The position numbers were made by a program, and so were the translations under genes. The notes beneath the pieces were generated by a model. The model ran no database searches. It had not been told where the DNA came from and was given only the letters and a program-made list of their open reading frames with translations. A stretch of 40,009 bases of DNA, taken from sequence record SRR20825006_2978. One strand, written 5' to 3'. Shown here piece by piece: positions 18,554 to 28,146 of the stretch; position 1 is the stretch's first letter, and each line of letters begins with the position of its first letter.

Positions 18554-19582
18554 TCACCACTTCCAGTTCGAGACGGTCTCGACCAGACGAGCCATGTTTT
18601 CCGGTTTCGCCGAGGGCTGGATGCCGTGGCCTAGGTTGAAGATCCAACCCTTGGTGCCGCGCATCTCCTCGAGCAGACGCTTTGCTTCCTGCTCGACAAG
18701 CTCTGGCGTGGTGCTCATCAACACTGGGTCGAGGTTTCCTTGCACGCCGACGTTCTCGGGTAAGGAGTCGCGCACCTGACGCAAGTTCGCCGTCCAGGTC
18801 ACGCCGAGGATGTTCGCGCCCGTGTCAGCGAGCAGCTCGCCGTAATCCTGCATCCCCTTCGAGAACACGATCATCGGGACCTCGCCACCGACCGCGTCCA
18901 CGATCTTCTTCATCCACTTCACCGAGGCATCCTCGAAGTGATGTCCTGGCAGCACGCCTCCCCAGCTGTCAAAGATCTGGAGCACGTCCACGCCCGCCTC
19001 GAGCTGCATGCGGAAGTAGGCAATGAGCGCGTCAGTGATACGCTCGAGCAGGGCGTCGAAGCGCTCGCGGTGTTGATAGTACCACTGCCTCGAGCGGATG
19101 TAGTCTTTCGAGGACTGCCCCTCGATCATGTAGGTCGCCAGCGTCCAGGGCGATCCTCCAAAGCCGATCAACGCGCGCTCGCCATCGAGCTCCTTCTTGA
19201 TGAGCTTGATCGCCTGCGCCACGTAGTCGAGGCGATCCTCGATCCCATCGCTGCTCAACTTCTCGACGTCGTCATCGGTCTCGAGGCGAAACTCCATCTC
19301 GATGCCGCCGATATCCCTGAAGTGATACGGCTGACCGAGCGCCTCGGGGATGACGAGGATGTCGCTAAACAGGATCGCGGCGTCCAGGTCAAAGCGACGC
19401 AGCGGCTGCATCGTGACCTCGAGCGCCTTTTCAGGGGTCTGCACGAGCTGGTGGAAGGTGTTGGTCTTCTTGAGCTCGCGGTACTCGGGCAGATAACGCC
19501 CGGCCTGGCGCATGACCCAGATGGGAGGTCGATCGAGTTCTTCGCATTGACACGCGGCGAGGAAGCGTTCGCGATGGTTCAT
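18554..19582 (-). CDS. hemE: Uroporphyrinogen decarboxylase
   Basis: PIWVMRQAGRYLPEY, DAAILFSDIL, QIFDSWGG, QGNLDP, IFNLGHGI; start at MNHRERF (19582). Confidence 0.97.
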   Translation of the reverse strand: MNHRERFLAACQCEELDRPPIWVMRQAGRYLPEYRELKKTNTFHQLVQTPEKALEVTMQPLRRFDLDAAILFSDILVIPEALGQPYHFRDIGGIEMEFRLETDDDVEKLSSDGIEDRLDYVAQAIKLIKKELDGERALIGFGGSPWTLATYMIEGQSSKDYIRSRQWYYQHRERFDALLERITDALIAYFRMQLEAGVDVLQIFDSWGGVLPGHHFEDASVKWMKKIVDAVGGEVPMIVFSKGMQDYGELLADTGANILGVTWTANLRQVRDSLPENVGVQGNLDPVLMSTTPELVEQEAKRLLEEMRGTKGWIFNLGHGIQPSAKPENMARLVETVSNWKW

Positions 19583-19683
19583 GAAAGGTTCTCCTGGAAC
19601 GGTTCGTTTTGGGGCATGGCGCGCGCTCGCATACAGCGAGCGCCACGGCGACTTTCTTATAACATGGTCAGATAAATCGTCCA

Positions 19684-20436
19684 TCATGTCTGCTGGCACG
19701 CCAGCTCTTCTAGCAGCGCCGTGACATCCGGTACGGCGGGGATAAGATCGATGCTTAACCCGAGTGATTCACACGCGGCGGCGGTGGTCTCTCCGATCGC
19801 TGCGCGCGGTATATGGAGCCATCGTCTCTCCTCGGTCGCCTCGAGGCGACCGACGAGCGCGCGCCATGCGCGCGCTCCCTTCGGGCTCATCAGCACGATC
19901 CAATCCGCCAGCGGTTCGCGCTCGCTCGCCGGGGAGAGGAGGTCGAGGTCAGATGCTTCGGTGGTACGGTATGCGGCGATTTCCAGGACCTCGACCTCCT
20001 CTCCCCGACTCGCCAGCGCCGCGGCCAGAGGCCGCGGCTTGCCCTCGAGCCCGAGCGAGAGAATCACCGGTGGCAAGCGCTCCATCGCATTCATCCAGGC
20101 GGCGAGCCCCTCGAAGTGCTGATCCTCTTCTGGGGCAGCCAGCACGGTCGCTGCCGGGAACGCCGAGGCGGCGCGCGCTGCGGTTTTTTGTCCCACGCAA
20201 TAAATCGTGGCGTTCGAGAGGTCGAAATCACTGCGCTCGAGCGCAGTGATCGCATGACGTGAATAAATCGCGACGCCAAACACACCACGAGGTTGAGCGA
20301 GGCGGATTTGCTCCGGCAAATCCGCCTCGCTCAACCTCGCTATTTCGACCTCGAGCATCGGCGCGTGCCAGAGCTCGACGTTCGCTGGGACGACCGAAGG
20401 AGGGCGCGTCCCTGTATAGAAGATGCGCGTGCTCAT
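19684..20436 (-). CDS. hemD: Uroporphyrinogen-III synthase (divergent)
   Basis: YCVGQKTA, AAYRT, LMSPKGA, AAIGETTAAA motifs; directly after hemC. Confidence 0.82.
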   Translation of the reverse strand: MSTRIFYTGTRPPSVVPANVELWHAPMLEVEIARLSEADLPEQIRLAQPRGVFGVAIYSRHAITALERSDFDLSNATIYCVGQKTAARAASAFPAATVLAAPEEDQHFEGLAAWMNAMERLPPVILSLGLEGKPRPLAAALASRGEEVEVLEIAAYRTTEASDLDLLSPASEREPLADWIVLMSPKGARAWRALVGRLEATEERRWLHIPRAAIGETTAAACESLGLSIDLIPAVPDVTALLEELACQQT

Positions 20437-20440
20437 CGGT

Positions 20441-21364
20441 TCATTCGCCGGGCTTCATCATCTCGCGAGCGCCCTGGCCAATAAAGTCCTCGGCCATCGC
20501 CTGCGCGAGCGCGACGGGATCTTCTCCCTCGAGCACGGCGGTCAAATGACGCGAGCCATCCGGCGCGCCGACCCAACCTCGGAAGAGCCAGCCGCTATCC
20601 TGCTTCTGGGCGTGACCTGCGACGGGGACCGAGCAGCCTCCCTCGAGCTCGCGCATGAACGCGCGCTCTGCGCGCGCAGCGAGCGTGGTCTCCTCGTCGA
20701 AGATGTGCGAGAGCAGGGCCATGACGTCCTCGCGGCCCTCCTTGATCTCGACGCCGATGGCGCCCTGACCGACCGCGGGGACGACGCGCTCTGGCACGAG
20801 CTCCTCGGTGACGGTCTCGCTCATTTCGAGGCGATGAAGCGCGGCGGTCGCCATGATGATGCCATCCCAGCCGTTCTTCTCGAGCTTGGCGAGCCGGGTG
20901 TCGATGTTGCCTCGAAGATCCACGAACTCGAGGTCTGGTCGAAGCGTGGCGATTTGAGCGCGCCTTCGCACGCTGCCCGTCGCGATGGTGCCACCCTCGG
21001 GGATCGCGTCGATGCCATCCCACTTGTGCGAGATGAACGCATCGGTCGCCGCCGCGCGCGCGGGCGATCCTGCCCAGATGAGATCCTCTCCGAGGTCGCT
21101 CGGCAGGTCCTTGAGCGAGTGCACCGCGAGCTCGATATCCTCCGAGAGGAGCTGCTGCTCGATCTCGTAGGTGAAAAGGCCCTTGCCGCCAATCTCTGGC
21201 AGCGGAATGTCGCGGATCTTATCGCCCTTGGTGTCGATCTCGACGATCTCGACGGTCAGCTCGGGGTGCGCCTCGCGCAACAGGTCGGCGATGAGGTTGG
21301 TCTGGTAGAGCGCGAGCGCGGAGCGGCGCGTGCCGATCCTCAGGCGCGAGAGCGAGTCAGTCAT
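20441..21364 (-). CDS. hemC: Hydroxymethylbilane synthase (porphobilinogen deaminase)
   Basis: IGTRRSALALYQ, GGKGLFT, AVHSLKD, TGSVRRRAQ, RGNIDTRL, LEGGCSVP. Confidence 0.98.
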   Translation of the reverse strand: MTDSLSRLRIGTRRSALALYQTNLIADLLREAHPELTVEIVEIDTKGDKIRDIPLPEIGGKGLFTYEIEQQLLSEDIELAVHSLKDLPSDLGEDLIWAGSPARAAATDAFISHKWDGIDAIPEGGTIATGSVRRRAQIATLRPDLEFVDLRGNIDTRLAKLEKNGWDGIIMATAALHRLEMSETVTEELVPERVVPAVGQGAIGVEIKEGREDVMALLSHIFDEETTLAARAERAFMRELEGGCSVPVAGHAQKQDSGWLFRGWVGAPDGSRHLTAVLEGEDPVALAQAMAEDFIGQGAREMMKPGE

Positions 21365-21418
21365 ACGGGGAACCTATATGGCGATGATGAGCGTTCGTGA
21401 GTGATTGGGGGTGAGGCG

Positions 21419-22696
21419 TCAGCTGTCGTCGTCGAGCAATCCGTGGAGCTTGATCACGAGGTCGAGATCTTCGCTCCGGAGTTCGTTCGAGGCCGCCGAC
21501 TTGCGCAAATGAATGATCGGGTTGTGTTGCAGCTTCTTGATCAACCGCTTGGAGAACTCCTCGAGCAGCTCGTACTCACCCTCCGAGATCTTGTTGCGGA
21601 AGTGGTCGAGCTCTTGCTGCCGCACAGACTTGAAGTGTTTGGAGAGCGCGGCGATGGTCGGCGTCACGCGCCGCGCGCGCAGATAAGCGTCCCATTCATC
21701 GACGTAGCTCTCGAGGATTGTCTCGGCGAGCGGGATCTGATCGGTGCGCTCCTGGAGGTTCTCCTGAACGATCGATTCGAGGTGATCGATGTTGTAGAGG
21801 AAGACGCCATCGGGCTCGCCAGCGCGAGGATCGACGTTTCGAGGGTTGGAGATGTCGATGAGCAAGATCTGTCGGTTGCGTCTGGCGCGCATGATGTTGC
21901 GCATCGACTCCAGATCGAGCAGCGGGTGCTGCGCGCCGGTGGCGAACACCACGATGTCCGCGCGCACGCACGCATCGCTCAACCTGTGCAGCGGCATATA
22001 CTCGCCATCGAACTGCTCGGCCACGGCCTCGCCGCGCTCCTGACCGCGGTTGACGATGATGAAGTCCTTGGCGCCTGCGGCTCGAAAGTGCACGCCCGCG
22101 TTCACGCCCGTCTCGCCAGCGCCGACGAGGAGGATGGTGAAGCGCTTGAATTGACCGAAGATCTTCTTTGCCAACTCGACGGACACCGAGCTGATCGAGA
22201 CGTTGCCCTGACACAGCGTGGTGTTGGTGCGCACGTCCTTTCCGGCGCGCACGGCCAGCTGGAAGAGCTGATCGAGCACGGGCGATTTCTCTTCGGCGCC
22301 GAGCAAGTGCTCGTGCGCGTCCTTGACCTGCGCGAGGATCTGATCCTCGCCGAGCGCGAGTGATTCGAGCGAGGCGGAGACGCGAAACAGATGGCGCGCG
22401 GCTTCAGCGCCATAGAATTGATGCGGTACGGGGAGCCGGGTGGGGCGCACGCCCTTGATGCCCGCGACCAGGTCCTTGACGTCCTCCCACAAGGTCGGAG
22501 CGCAGGTGCCGCTGGCATAGAACTCGGTGCGGTTACACGTCGACAGGATGCCGACCTCGCCGCCGAGCTTGTCGCGAAAGATCGCCAGGCTCTGTTCGAT
22601 CTCGCTCGATGAGAAGGCCAAAAGATCGCGCTCCGCCAGAGTGGTGTTCTGGTGGCTAAACGAGATCGCGCCGATTTCTGTGCTCATCTTGCTCAT
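21419..22696 (-). CDS. hemA: Glutamyl-tRNA reductase
   Basis: LSTCNRTE catalytic Cys, HLFRVSASLES..LGEDQILAQVK, GAGE, DISNPRNVD. Confidence 0.97.
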   Translation of the reverse strand: MSKMSTEIGAISFSHQNTTLAERDLLAFSSSEIEQSLAIFRDKLGGEVGILSTCNRTEFYASGTCAPTLWEDVKDLVAGIKGVRPTRLPVPHQFYGAEAARHLFRVSASLESLALGEDQILAQVKDAHEHLLGAEEKSPVLDQLFQLAVRAGKDVRTNTTLCQGNVSISSVSVELAKKIFGQFKRFTILLVGAGETGVNAGVHFRAAGAKDFIIVNRGQERGEAVAEQFDGEYMPLHRLSDACVRADIVVFATGAQHPLLDLESMRNIMRARRNRQILLIDISNPRNVDPRAGEPDGVFLYNIDHLESIVQENLQERTDQIPLAETILESYVDEWDAYLRARRVTPTIAALSKHFKSVRQQELDHFRNKISEGEYELLEEFSKRLIKKLQHNPIIHLRKSAASNELRSEDLDLVIKLHGLLDDDS

Positions 22697-22708
22697 GGCA
22701 AGGTCCCG

Positions 22709-23539
22709 TCACGGTTGAAACGAGTGAAACGAATTGGTGAGCATGTTGCTCAGGATCATCGTCAACATCAGCCCCAGGTAAGCGGCCAGTGACAGATAAC
22801 CCATTCTGATCCCGCTCAGTCCTCTCAACTTCACGACCAGGAATCCCACAAAATAGAGCGCCCACGCGGCGTCCATGATCACGATCTTCGGGTCCCAGAG
22901 GTTGTAGTCCTCCAGGATGTAGATCGCGACGAAGTGCCCGAGCGCGAGCCCGACGCCAAGAAGCACGATGCCCGTGATCGTCGCGATTCGACTCATCGTC
23001 TCGAGCCGGATCAGCGGCGGCAGACGCCGGAAGAATAAGCCCAGCTCGCGCGACTTCAACTGCCTCGAGAGCAGGATGTACATCACCGCATCCAGGGCGC
23101 CCACAGCGAGCGCCGCGAACCCGAGGACGGTGAACGCGACGTGGATGCCATAGATGGGGTTCTCCAACAAGAGCGGGTGCGTCTTGGTGGTAAGCTCCTC
23201 CATCAATACTGATGAGAACACCTGAAAGATCGAGGCGATCCCCAAAAAGAACATCCCAGTGTTCGAGTCCTCCTCGGCGCGCTCGGTGATCGCGTAGGTG
23301 ATCGTCAAACTCACCGAGAGCACCGACAGGAACTCGGCCATCGAACCGAGCGGCCACGCGTGCTGCGCCACGCCGAGCAAGGTCAGATACCCGAGGTGTG
23401 CTCCGAGCAAGCCGTAGAGTCCCGCTCTGGCAGACTTCTTCTCGTGCTCCTGATCAAAGAAGTTGCGCGCATACAACCCCGTCAACCCGAGGTAGAGGAT
23501 GGGCAGCAAGATCTCGATGATTTGCAGGACAGCAGACAT
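22709..23539 (-). CDS. CcsA/HemX-like cytochrome c assembly family membrane protein
   Basis: About eight hydrophobic helices, IHVAF His, LPPLIRLE, WDPK, C-terminal FH; directly upstream of hemA. Confidence 0.85.
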   Translation of the reverse strand: MSAVLQIIEILLPILYLGLTGLYARNFFDQEHEKKSARAGLYGLLGAHLGYLTLLGVAQHAWPLGSMAEFLSVLSVSLTITYAITERAEEDSNTGMFFLGIASIFQVFSSVLMEELTTKTHPLLLENPIYGIHVAFTVLGFAALAVGALDAVMYILLSRQLKSRELGLFFRRLPPLIRLETMSRIATITGIVLLGVGLALGHFVAIYILEDYNLWDPKIVIMDAAWALYFVGFLVVKLRGLSGIRMGYLSLAAYLGLMLTMILSNMLTNSFHSFQP

Positions 23540-23779
23540 GGGCTCTCTTGGTGAGTCGCGCTTTGCAGTTTGGCGAGCGCGGGTCGCTCTTTTCTATGAT
23601 GCGCGCGGGTTCAGCATACGTGCGCGATCAAAAAGTTCTACACGCGCTCTTTCTTAGCGAGGAAACCGTGTGTTGACCATAGCGCGTTCGAAAGAACAGT
23701 TCGTGCTCATGCAAGTGTACAATCAATGACGCCGCCATGTCATTTCCTGCGAGAGAAACTCCGGCGCGAACATCCTGTT

Positions 23780-24877
23780 TCAGTCTTCGCTCTCGTCCTC
23801 GCCCTCATCCTCGTCGCCTTCGGCGCGGAAGGACTCGGTGAACTCTCGCGGCAGCGTCTCTGATGTTGCCATCGCTCTGGCGCCAGCTTCCGTCCAGCCG
23901 ACGTTGTGAATACGCAGCAGCTCGAGGTTTGTGAGTGCGTGACTTTTGGCCAACACCTTTAACCCGCCACCACCGATCCGCGTGTTGCTCAGATCGAGGC
24001 TCCGCAGCTGCCCCTTATCGCAAGCGCCCAAAACAGCCTTTATCCCCTTGGTGGTGACGCGCTTGTTATCGCGCAGGTCGAGGTGCGTGAGCTTTTTGAC
24101 GAAGGGTGATCTGGCCAGCGCCTCGAGGTCATCGTTGTTCACGCTCGAGTCTCGCAAGTAGAGGCGCTCGATGCTCACGAGCTTGCTCGTTTGCTCGAAG
24201 AGGTACTCGCGCAGGATCCTCGCCCCGGCTGCACCACCACACGGGATATGGCTCAGATCGAGCTCTTGCAGGTTAGCCAGGTGCTCTGAACTCGCCAGCG
24301 CCTGCAGGTTGTAATAGGGGTTGTTTCTGAGCGAGAGGACGCGGATGCCTTGCATTTGCGCGCTCTCGGCGATCAATGTGTAGCACCCAGAGGAGTCGAT
24401 GAAACGGTTCAGCTCGAGCTCTTCGAGGTGCTCGAAGTGCTCGTTCTCGAGCAACGCGCGAAGCTTGTGTTCTCCAGCGGTGCTTGGACCGTAGCGCCAT
24501 CTGCGCTCGATGGTCTCGAATTCTAGGCGCATGATCGGCGTGAAGAGCTCGCTGTCGAGCAGCTGCGTGATCTCCTTGGCCGAGATCGCGCGGTTGCTGA
24601 TCAAGATCGTGCGCATCAACGGCTGCAAGGTGCTCACATACCAGGGGATCCTCTTTCCGATATTTTTGAGCCAGGTCGTCGGCATCCTGCGCAATCGGTG
24701 TGGCCATAGACGCATCATCCCTTCGGCATAAGGCACGAGCTCGCTCGCGGCGCGGTCGCGATCCTCGCGCAAGCCATCCTCGAGGAGCTTGCAGAGCTCC
24801 TTGAAGTTGTGCTCGTTAGGCTCCCCGTGGAGCAGCGAGCGGATCTCGCGAAAGTAATCTTTGACCTCGGCCATCAT
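23780..24877 (-). CDS. Leucine-rich repeat protein
   Basis: Repeated LxxLxLxxN units (LQELDLSHI, IERLYLRDS, LTHLDLRDN, LRSLDLSNT) with 'ALAxSxxL' spacers; acidic tail. Confidence 0.85.
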   Translation of the reverse strand: MMAEVKDYFREIRSLLHGEPNEHNFKELCKLLEDGLREDRDRAASELVPYAEGMMRLWPHRLRRMPTTWLKNIGKRIPWYVSTLQPLMRTILISNRAISAKEITQLLDSELFTPIMRLEFETIERRWRYGPSTAGEHKLRALLENEHFEHLEELELNRFIDSSGCYTLIAESAQMQGIRVLSLRNNPYYNLQALASSEHLANLQELDLSHIPCGGAAGARILREYLFEQTSKLVSIERLYLRDSSVNNDDLEALARSPFVKKLTHLDLRDNKRVTTKGIKAVLGACDKGQLRSLDLSNTRIGGGGLKVLAKSHALTNLELLRIHNVGWTEAGARAMATSETLPREFTESFRAEGDEDEGEDESED

Positions 24878-24890
24878 GGCTCCTTCGCTG

Positions 24891-25703
24891 TCAGGTCAAC
24901 TTGCGGTGAGACCAACAGGGCATCTTCTTTCGCACGCTCTCGAGCGAGGGCATGTCGAGCTCCACCACAAAGGCGCACTCGCGCTCGGGCGCGCACCCGA
25001 GCATTCTCCCCCACGGATCATACGCCACGCTCTGCCCATAGGATGCGCGGCCGGGGAAGTGATACCCCCATTGATCTGGCGCCAACACGTAGCACTGATT
25101 CTCGATGGCGCGCGCCCTGAGCAACGCGTGCCAATGCTCGCGACCTGTCTGCAACGTGAACGCCGCAGGGACCGTCATCACGTGTGCGCCTCTGGCGCGA
25201 AGCTCCCTGTAGAACTCGGGAAAGCGCAGGTCGTAACAGATCGAGAGCCCCACACAAAACGACTCGCCATCGGCCTCGACATCCGCCAGCTCGATCGTAT
25301 CACCGCCAAGGATCGAGGCGCTCTCTTCGAGGATGGTGCCGTCCTCAAGTTCGACATCGAAAAGGTGCATCTTGCGATACACCGACGCGAGCTCGCCATT
25401 TGGTTGGATAAGCAACTGCGTGTTGTAGGTGTGCTTCGGTGACTCCGACTTCTCGGGGAAGCTCCCGAGCGTCACCCAGCATCCATGGGTCTTCGCGATC
25501 TCCTGATAGGCTTTTACGATCGGGCCATCGATGGTCTCGGCCACCGCGAGCTTCTCGCGATCCTTGCCAAGGTATGGCGCGTTCTCTGGATAGAGGAGCC
25601 ATTTTGCTCCCTGCGCAGCGGCCTGCGCGGCGAGTTCGCGGCTCTTTTGGAGGTTGCGTTCGACGTCGCGCGTCGAGCTCAGTTGGATGATTCCTGCCAA
25701 CAC
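24891..25703 (-). CDS. Carbon-nitrogen hydrolase, Nit1/deaminated-glutathione amidase-like
   Basis: E-K-C triad (LYPEN, YRKMHLFD, ICYDLRFPE), PAAFT..TG..HW..LLRARAIENQ; GTG start. Confidence 0.93.
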   Translation of the reverse strand: MLAGIIQLSSTRDVERNLQKSRELAAQAAAQGAKWLLYPENAPYLGKDREKLAVAETIDGPIVKAYQEIAKTHGCWVTLGSFPEKSESPKHTYNTQLLIQPNGELASVYRKMHLFDVELEDGTILEESASILGGDTIELADVEADGESFCVGLSICYDLRFPEFYRELRARGAHVMTVPAAFTLQTGREHWHALLRARAIENQCYVLAPDQWGYHFPGRASYGQSVAYDPWGRMLGCAPERECAFVVELDMPSLESVRKKMPCWSHRKLT

Positions 25704-25737
25704 GGCGTGCTCCTCGGTGTCTGGTCATTTGCCTCCC

Positions 25738-28014
25738 TCACTCGGGCGGCTTCGGGGTCTTTTGGGATGTCGCGCGCTTCGCGGGCGCTTTCTTTTTCTT
25801 CTTCGAAGACTTCTCGCTCAAGCCGCGCTCGCGCTCCCTGAGATCGGCCAGCGCTTCGAGCGTGGCGTGGCGCATGGCGCTCCCATCATTCTTGCGCGCT
25901 GTCTGATCCTGGAGCGGGGTCTTATGATCTGGATCTTCGCGCCAACCATAGAGCGCGCCGCGCTTTTTGGCCACATGCTCGACCCAGAGGAGGTCATCAG
26001 TACGCAGTGAGATCTTGTGAAAGCCATCCCCTCCCTTACGTGTTTTTTCGGGCAGATAATACAAGCCGAGCACGTAGGATTTTTGCGGAGGGGCGTCGCC
26101 AAAGATCGTCGGCACGAGGCTCTCGCCAAGCCACGTCTTCGGAGGCGCGACATCGACCAGGTTCGCCAGCGTCGTCCCCAGATCGAGCTGTGTGACGAGC
26201 CCCTTCACGCGCCTCGCTGCGGCGCCGGGAACGTGCAGCAAAAAGGGAATGTGCAGCACGCGAGTGTCGAGCGTGTAGCCATGCTTGTGCCGCGTGTTCT
26301 CTCTGCCAAACACCTCGCCATGATCTGCGGTCATGGCGATGACCATCTCCTCTTTGACCGCGTGCTCGAGCAGCGGCTTCCAGGAGCGATCCATAAAGGT
26401 GACCTCGGCGTCGTAGCGCTCGACCTCTTTGCTGCCTCGCGGGGTGATCCCCTCGGGAACTCGGTAGGGGCCGTGTGGGTCGTAGTAGTGAACCCAGACG
26501 AACAGCGGCTTCGAGGAAGCGTTGGCTTGGGCCTTTTCAAACTCTGTCATCGCCTGCGTGGTCAACCACTCGGACGTGTGCGCGAGCTTCTTTGGAGGTT
26601 TGATGACGCGATCGAATCCTTGCGTGAGCCCCGGCCACTTCGCGGCGTCGAAGTACTTGTGACCGGGGATAAACACGGTCCTGTAACCCGCGCGCTTCAT
26701 GACCTCTGCGACCGTCAACGTGCTGCTCGCCCAACCATAAGGGTGCTTCTTGCGAGGTGTCAGCGGCATGAGCGCGTTGTAGGTCGAGGCCATCATCGCC
26801 GGGAACGAGAGGCGAGTGCTCGGCCCTGCGGCGAAGGCGTCTTCGTAGACGAGTGATTTCTCTGCCAGCGTCGCAAGCGCGGGCGTCACGTCGTGCTCGT
26901 AGCCTCCTATCGAGGTGTGATCCATGGAGAGCGCGTCCACGGTCACGACGAGGATGTTTGGCTTCTTTTGCTTTAGCCTCGCGCGCCATTGCTCGGGGAG
27001 CGGGTGCTTCGACTTATCCTCTCGAGTGAGCTTGACGAGCGAGGTCAGATCCTCGCCAGAGCAATCCTCGTCCACGCCATTGCCCGGGATGTCGAGCGCG
27101 CCAGGGTGGATATTCTTGTCATTCGGCGCGCAATCGAGGCCGCCGTAGCGGTTGATGGCGCCATCCCCGTCGACGTCGAGCGCCCGTTTTGCGGGCGCAA
27201 GGATCAGCCCGGCGGTCGAGGTCGTGTCATCGAGCATCGTGTCCCAATGTGCCATCGAGCCTGGCAGAAAGAAGGCAAACGCCCCGAGCGCGACGAGCGC
27301 GCTCGCGCCAACGCCAGTGAGCAGAGCGGGGCGCTCGAGTCTCACTGCCAGGTGGTCTGCCAATAGCGCAGTGATAGCGCCGACGATGACACCAGCGCCC
27401 AGGTGCCAGGGCGTCGCCGCGATAAACTCTCGGCCGACCCACAGCGCGCAGAGTCCAGCCAGGAGCGCGGGGGCGATGAGGATCACAGGCTTTGACCATC
27501 GCGCCGCCACGTCGTGTTCAGCGAGCTTGGTGAACAGCTTCCCGAGGAGCACCCAGGGCCAACTCATCAGCGCGAGCGTGATCGGCGCGAGCCCGAGCGC
27601 CACGATCCCGATGCTTATCGAGAGCAGCGTCGGATTTTGAATCCTCGGCACGAGCAGGTGTGAAGCGCCCGCGACGGCGATTACAAAAATCACCGCGGCC
27701 ATCGGAAGTGCGGTGACAAGACGCATCGAGGTCGCGTCAGATCGCGTGAGCCAGCCGAGCAGGAGATGCACCAGAGAGCGCGGTTCACCCTCGGTGTCAT
27801 CGGTCTGGCTGAGGGTCGCGATGCCCGAGAGCAGGAGCGCGAGTATCGGTGTCGCGAGCAACAGCGCAGGCGCGCATACTCCCACGAATACAGGGACGCT
27901 CCATAACGGCGCGTCGCCGCTCGACAGGAGCGCGATGGCTTCTCCAGACGAGGCTCCCGCGCAGAGCGCGAGCGCGACGAGCGCGTGGCGGCTGACTATG
28001 AATTCGCGTGACAT
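25738..28014 (-). CDS. Multi-TM membrane protein with sulfatase/alkaline-phosphatase superfamily domain and a Cys/Asp metal-binding repeat
   Basis: Many N-terminal TM helices; DVDGDG and DCAPNDKNIHPGALDIPGNGVDEDCSG; PNILVVTVDAL, WVHYYDPH, TADHGE, HGY motifs. Confidence 0.88.
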   Translation of the reverse strand: MSREFIVSRHALVALALCAGASSGEAIALLSSGDAPLWSVPVFVGVCAPALLLATPILALLLSGIATLSQTDDTEGEPRSLVHLLLGWLTRSDATSMRLVTALPMAAVIFVIAVAGASHLLVPRIQNPTLLSISIGIVALGLAPITLALMSWPWVLLGKLFTKLAEHDVAARWSKPVILIAPALLAGLCALWVGREFIAATPWHLGAGVIVGAITALLADHLAVRLERPALLTGVGASALVALGAFAFFLPGSMAHWDTMLDDTTSTAGLILAPAKRALDVDGDGAINRYGGLDCAPNDKNIHPGALDIPGNGVDEDCSGEDLTSLVKLTREDKSKHPLPEQWRARLKQKKPNILVVTVDALSMDHTSIGGYEHDVTPALATLAEKSLVYEDAFAAGPSTRLSFPAMMASTYNALMPLTPRKKHPYGWASSTLTVAEVMKRAGYRTVFIPGHKYFDAAKWPGLTQGFDRVIKPPKKLAHTSEWLTTQAMTEFEKAQANASSKPLFVWVHYYDPHGPYRVPEGITPRGSKEVERYDAEVTFMDRSWKPLLEHAVKEEMVIAMTADHGEVFGRENTRHKHGYTLDTRVLHIPFLLHVPGAAARRVKGLVTQLDLGTTLANLVDVAPPKTWLGESLVPTIFGDAPPQKSYVLGLYYLPEKTRKGGDGFHKISLRTDDLLWVEHVAKKRGALYGWREDPDHKTPLQDQTARKNDGSAMRHATLEALADLRERERGLSEKSSKKKKKAPAKRATSQKTPKPPE

Positions 28015-28146
28015 AAGTATGGCGTAACGATCGGGTCACAATATAACGAAACCGCACACATCCTTGTCGAGCAGCGTTCGAGCAGCAAGGACTTTTATCG
28101 CGCACGCTCACGAAGCCAGCCCGGCGAGTGATTCTGTCTGGAGAGA

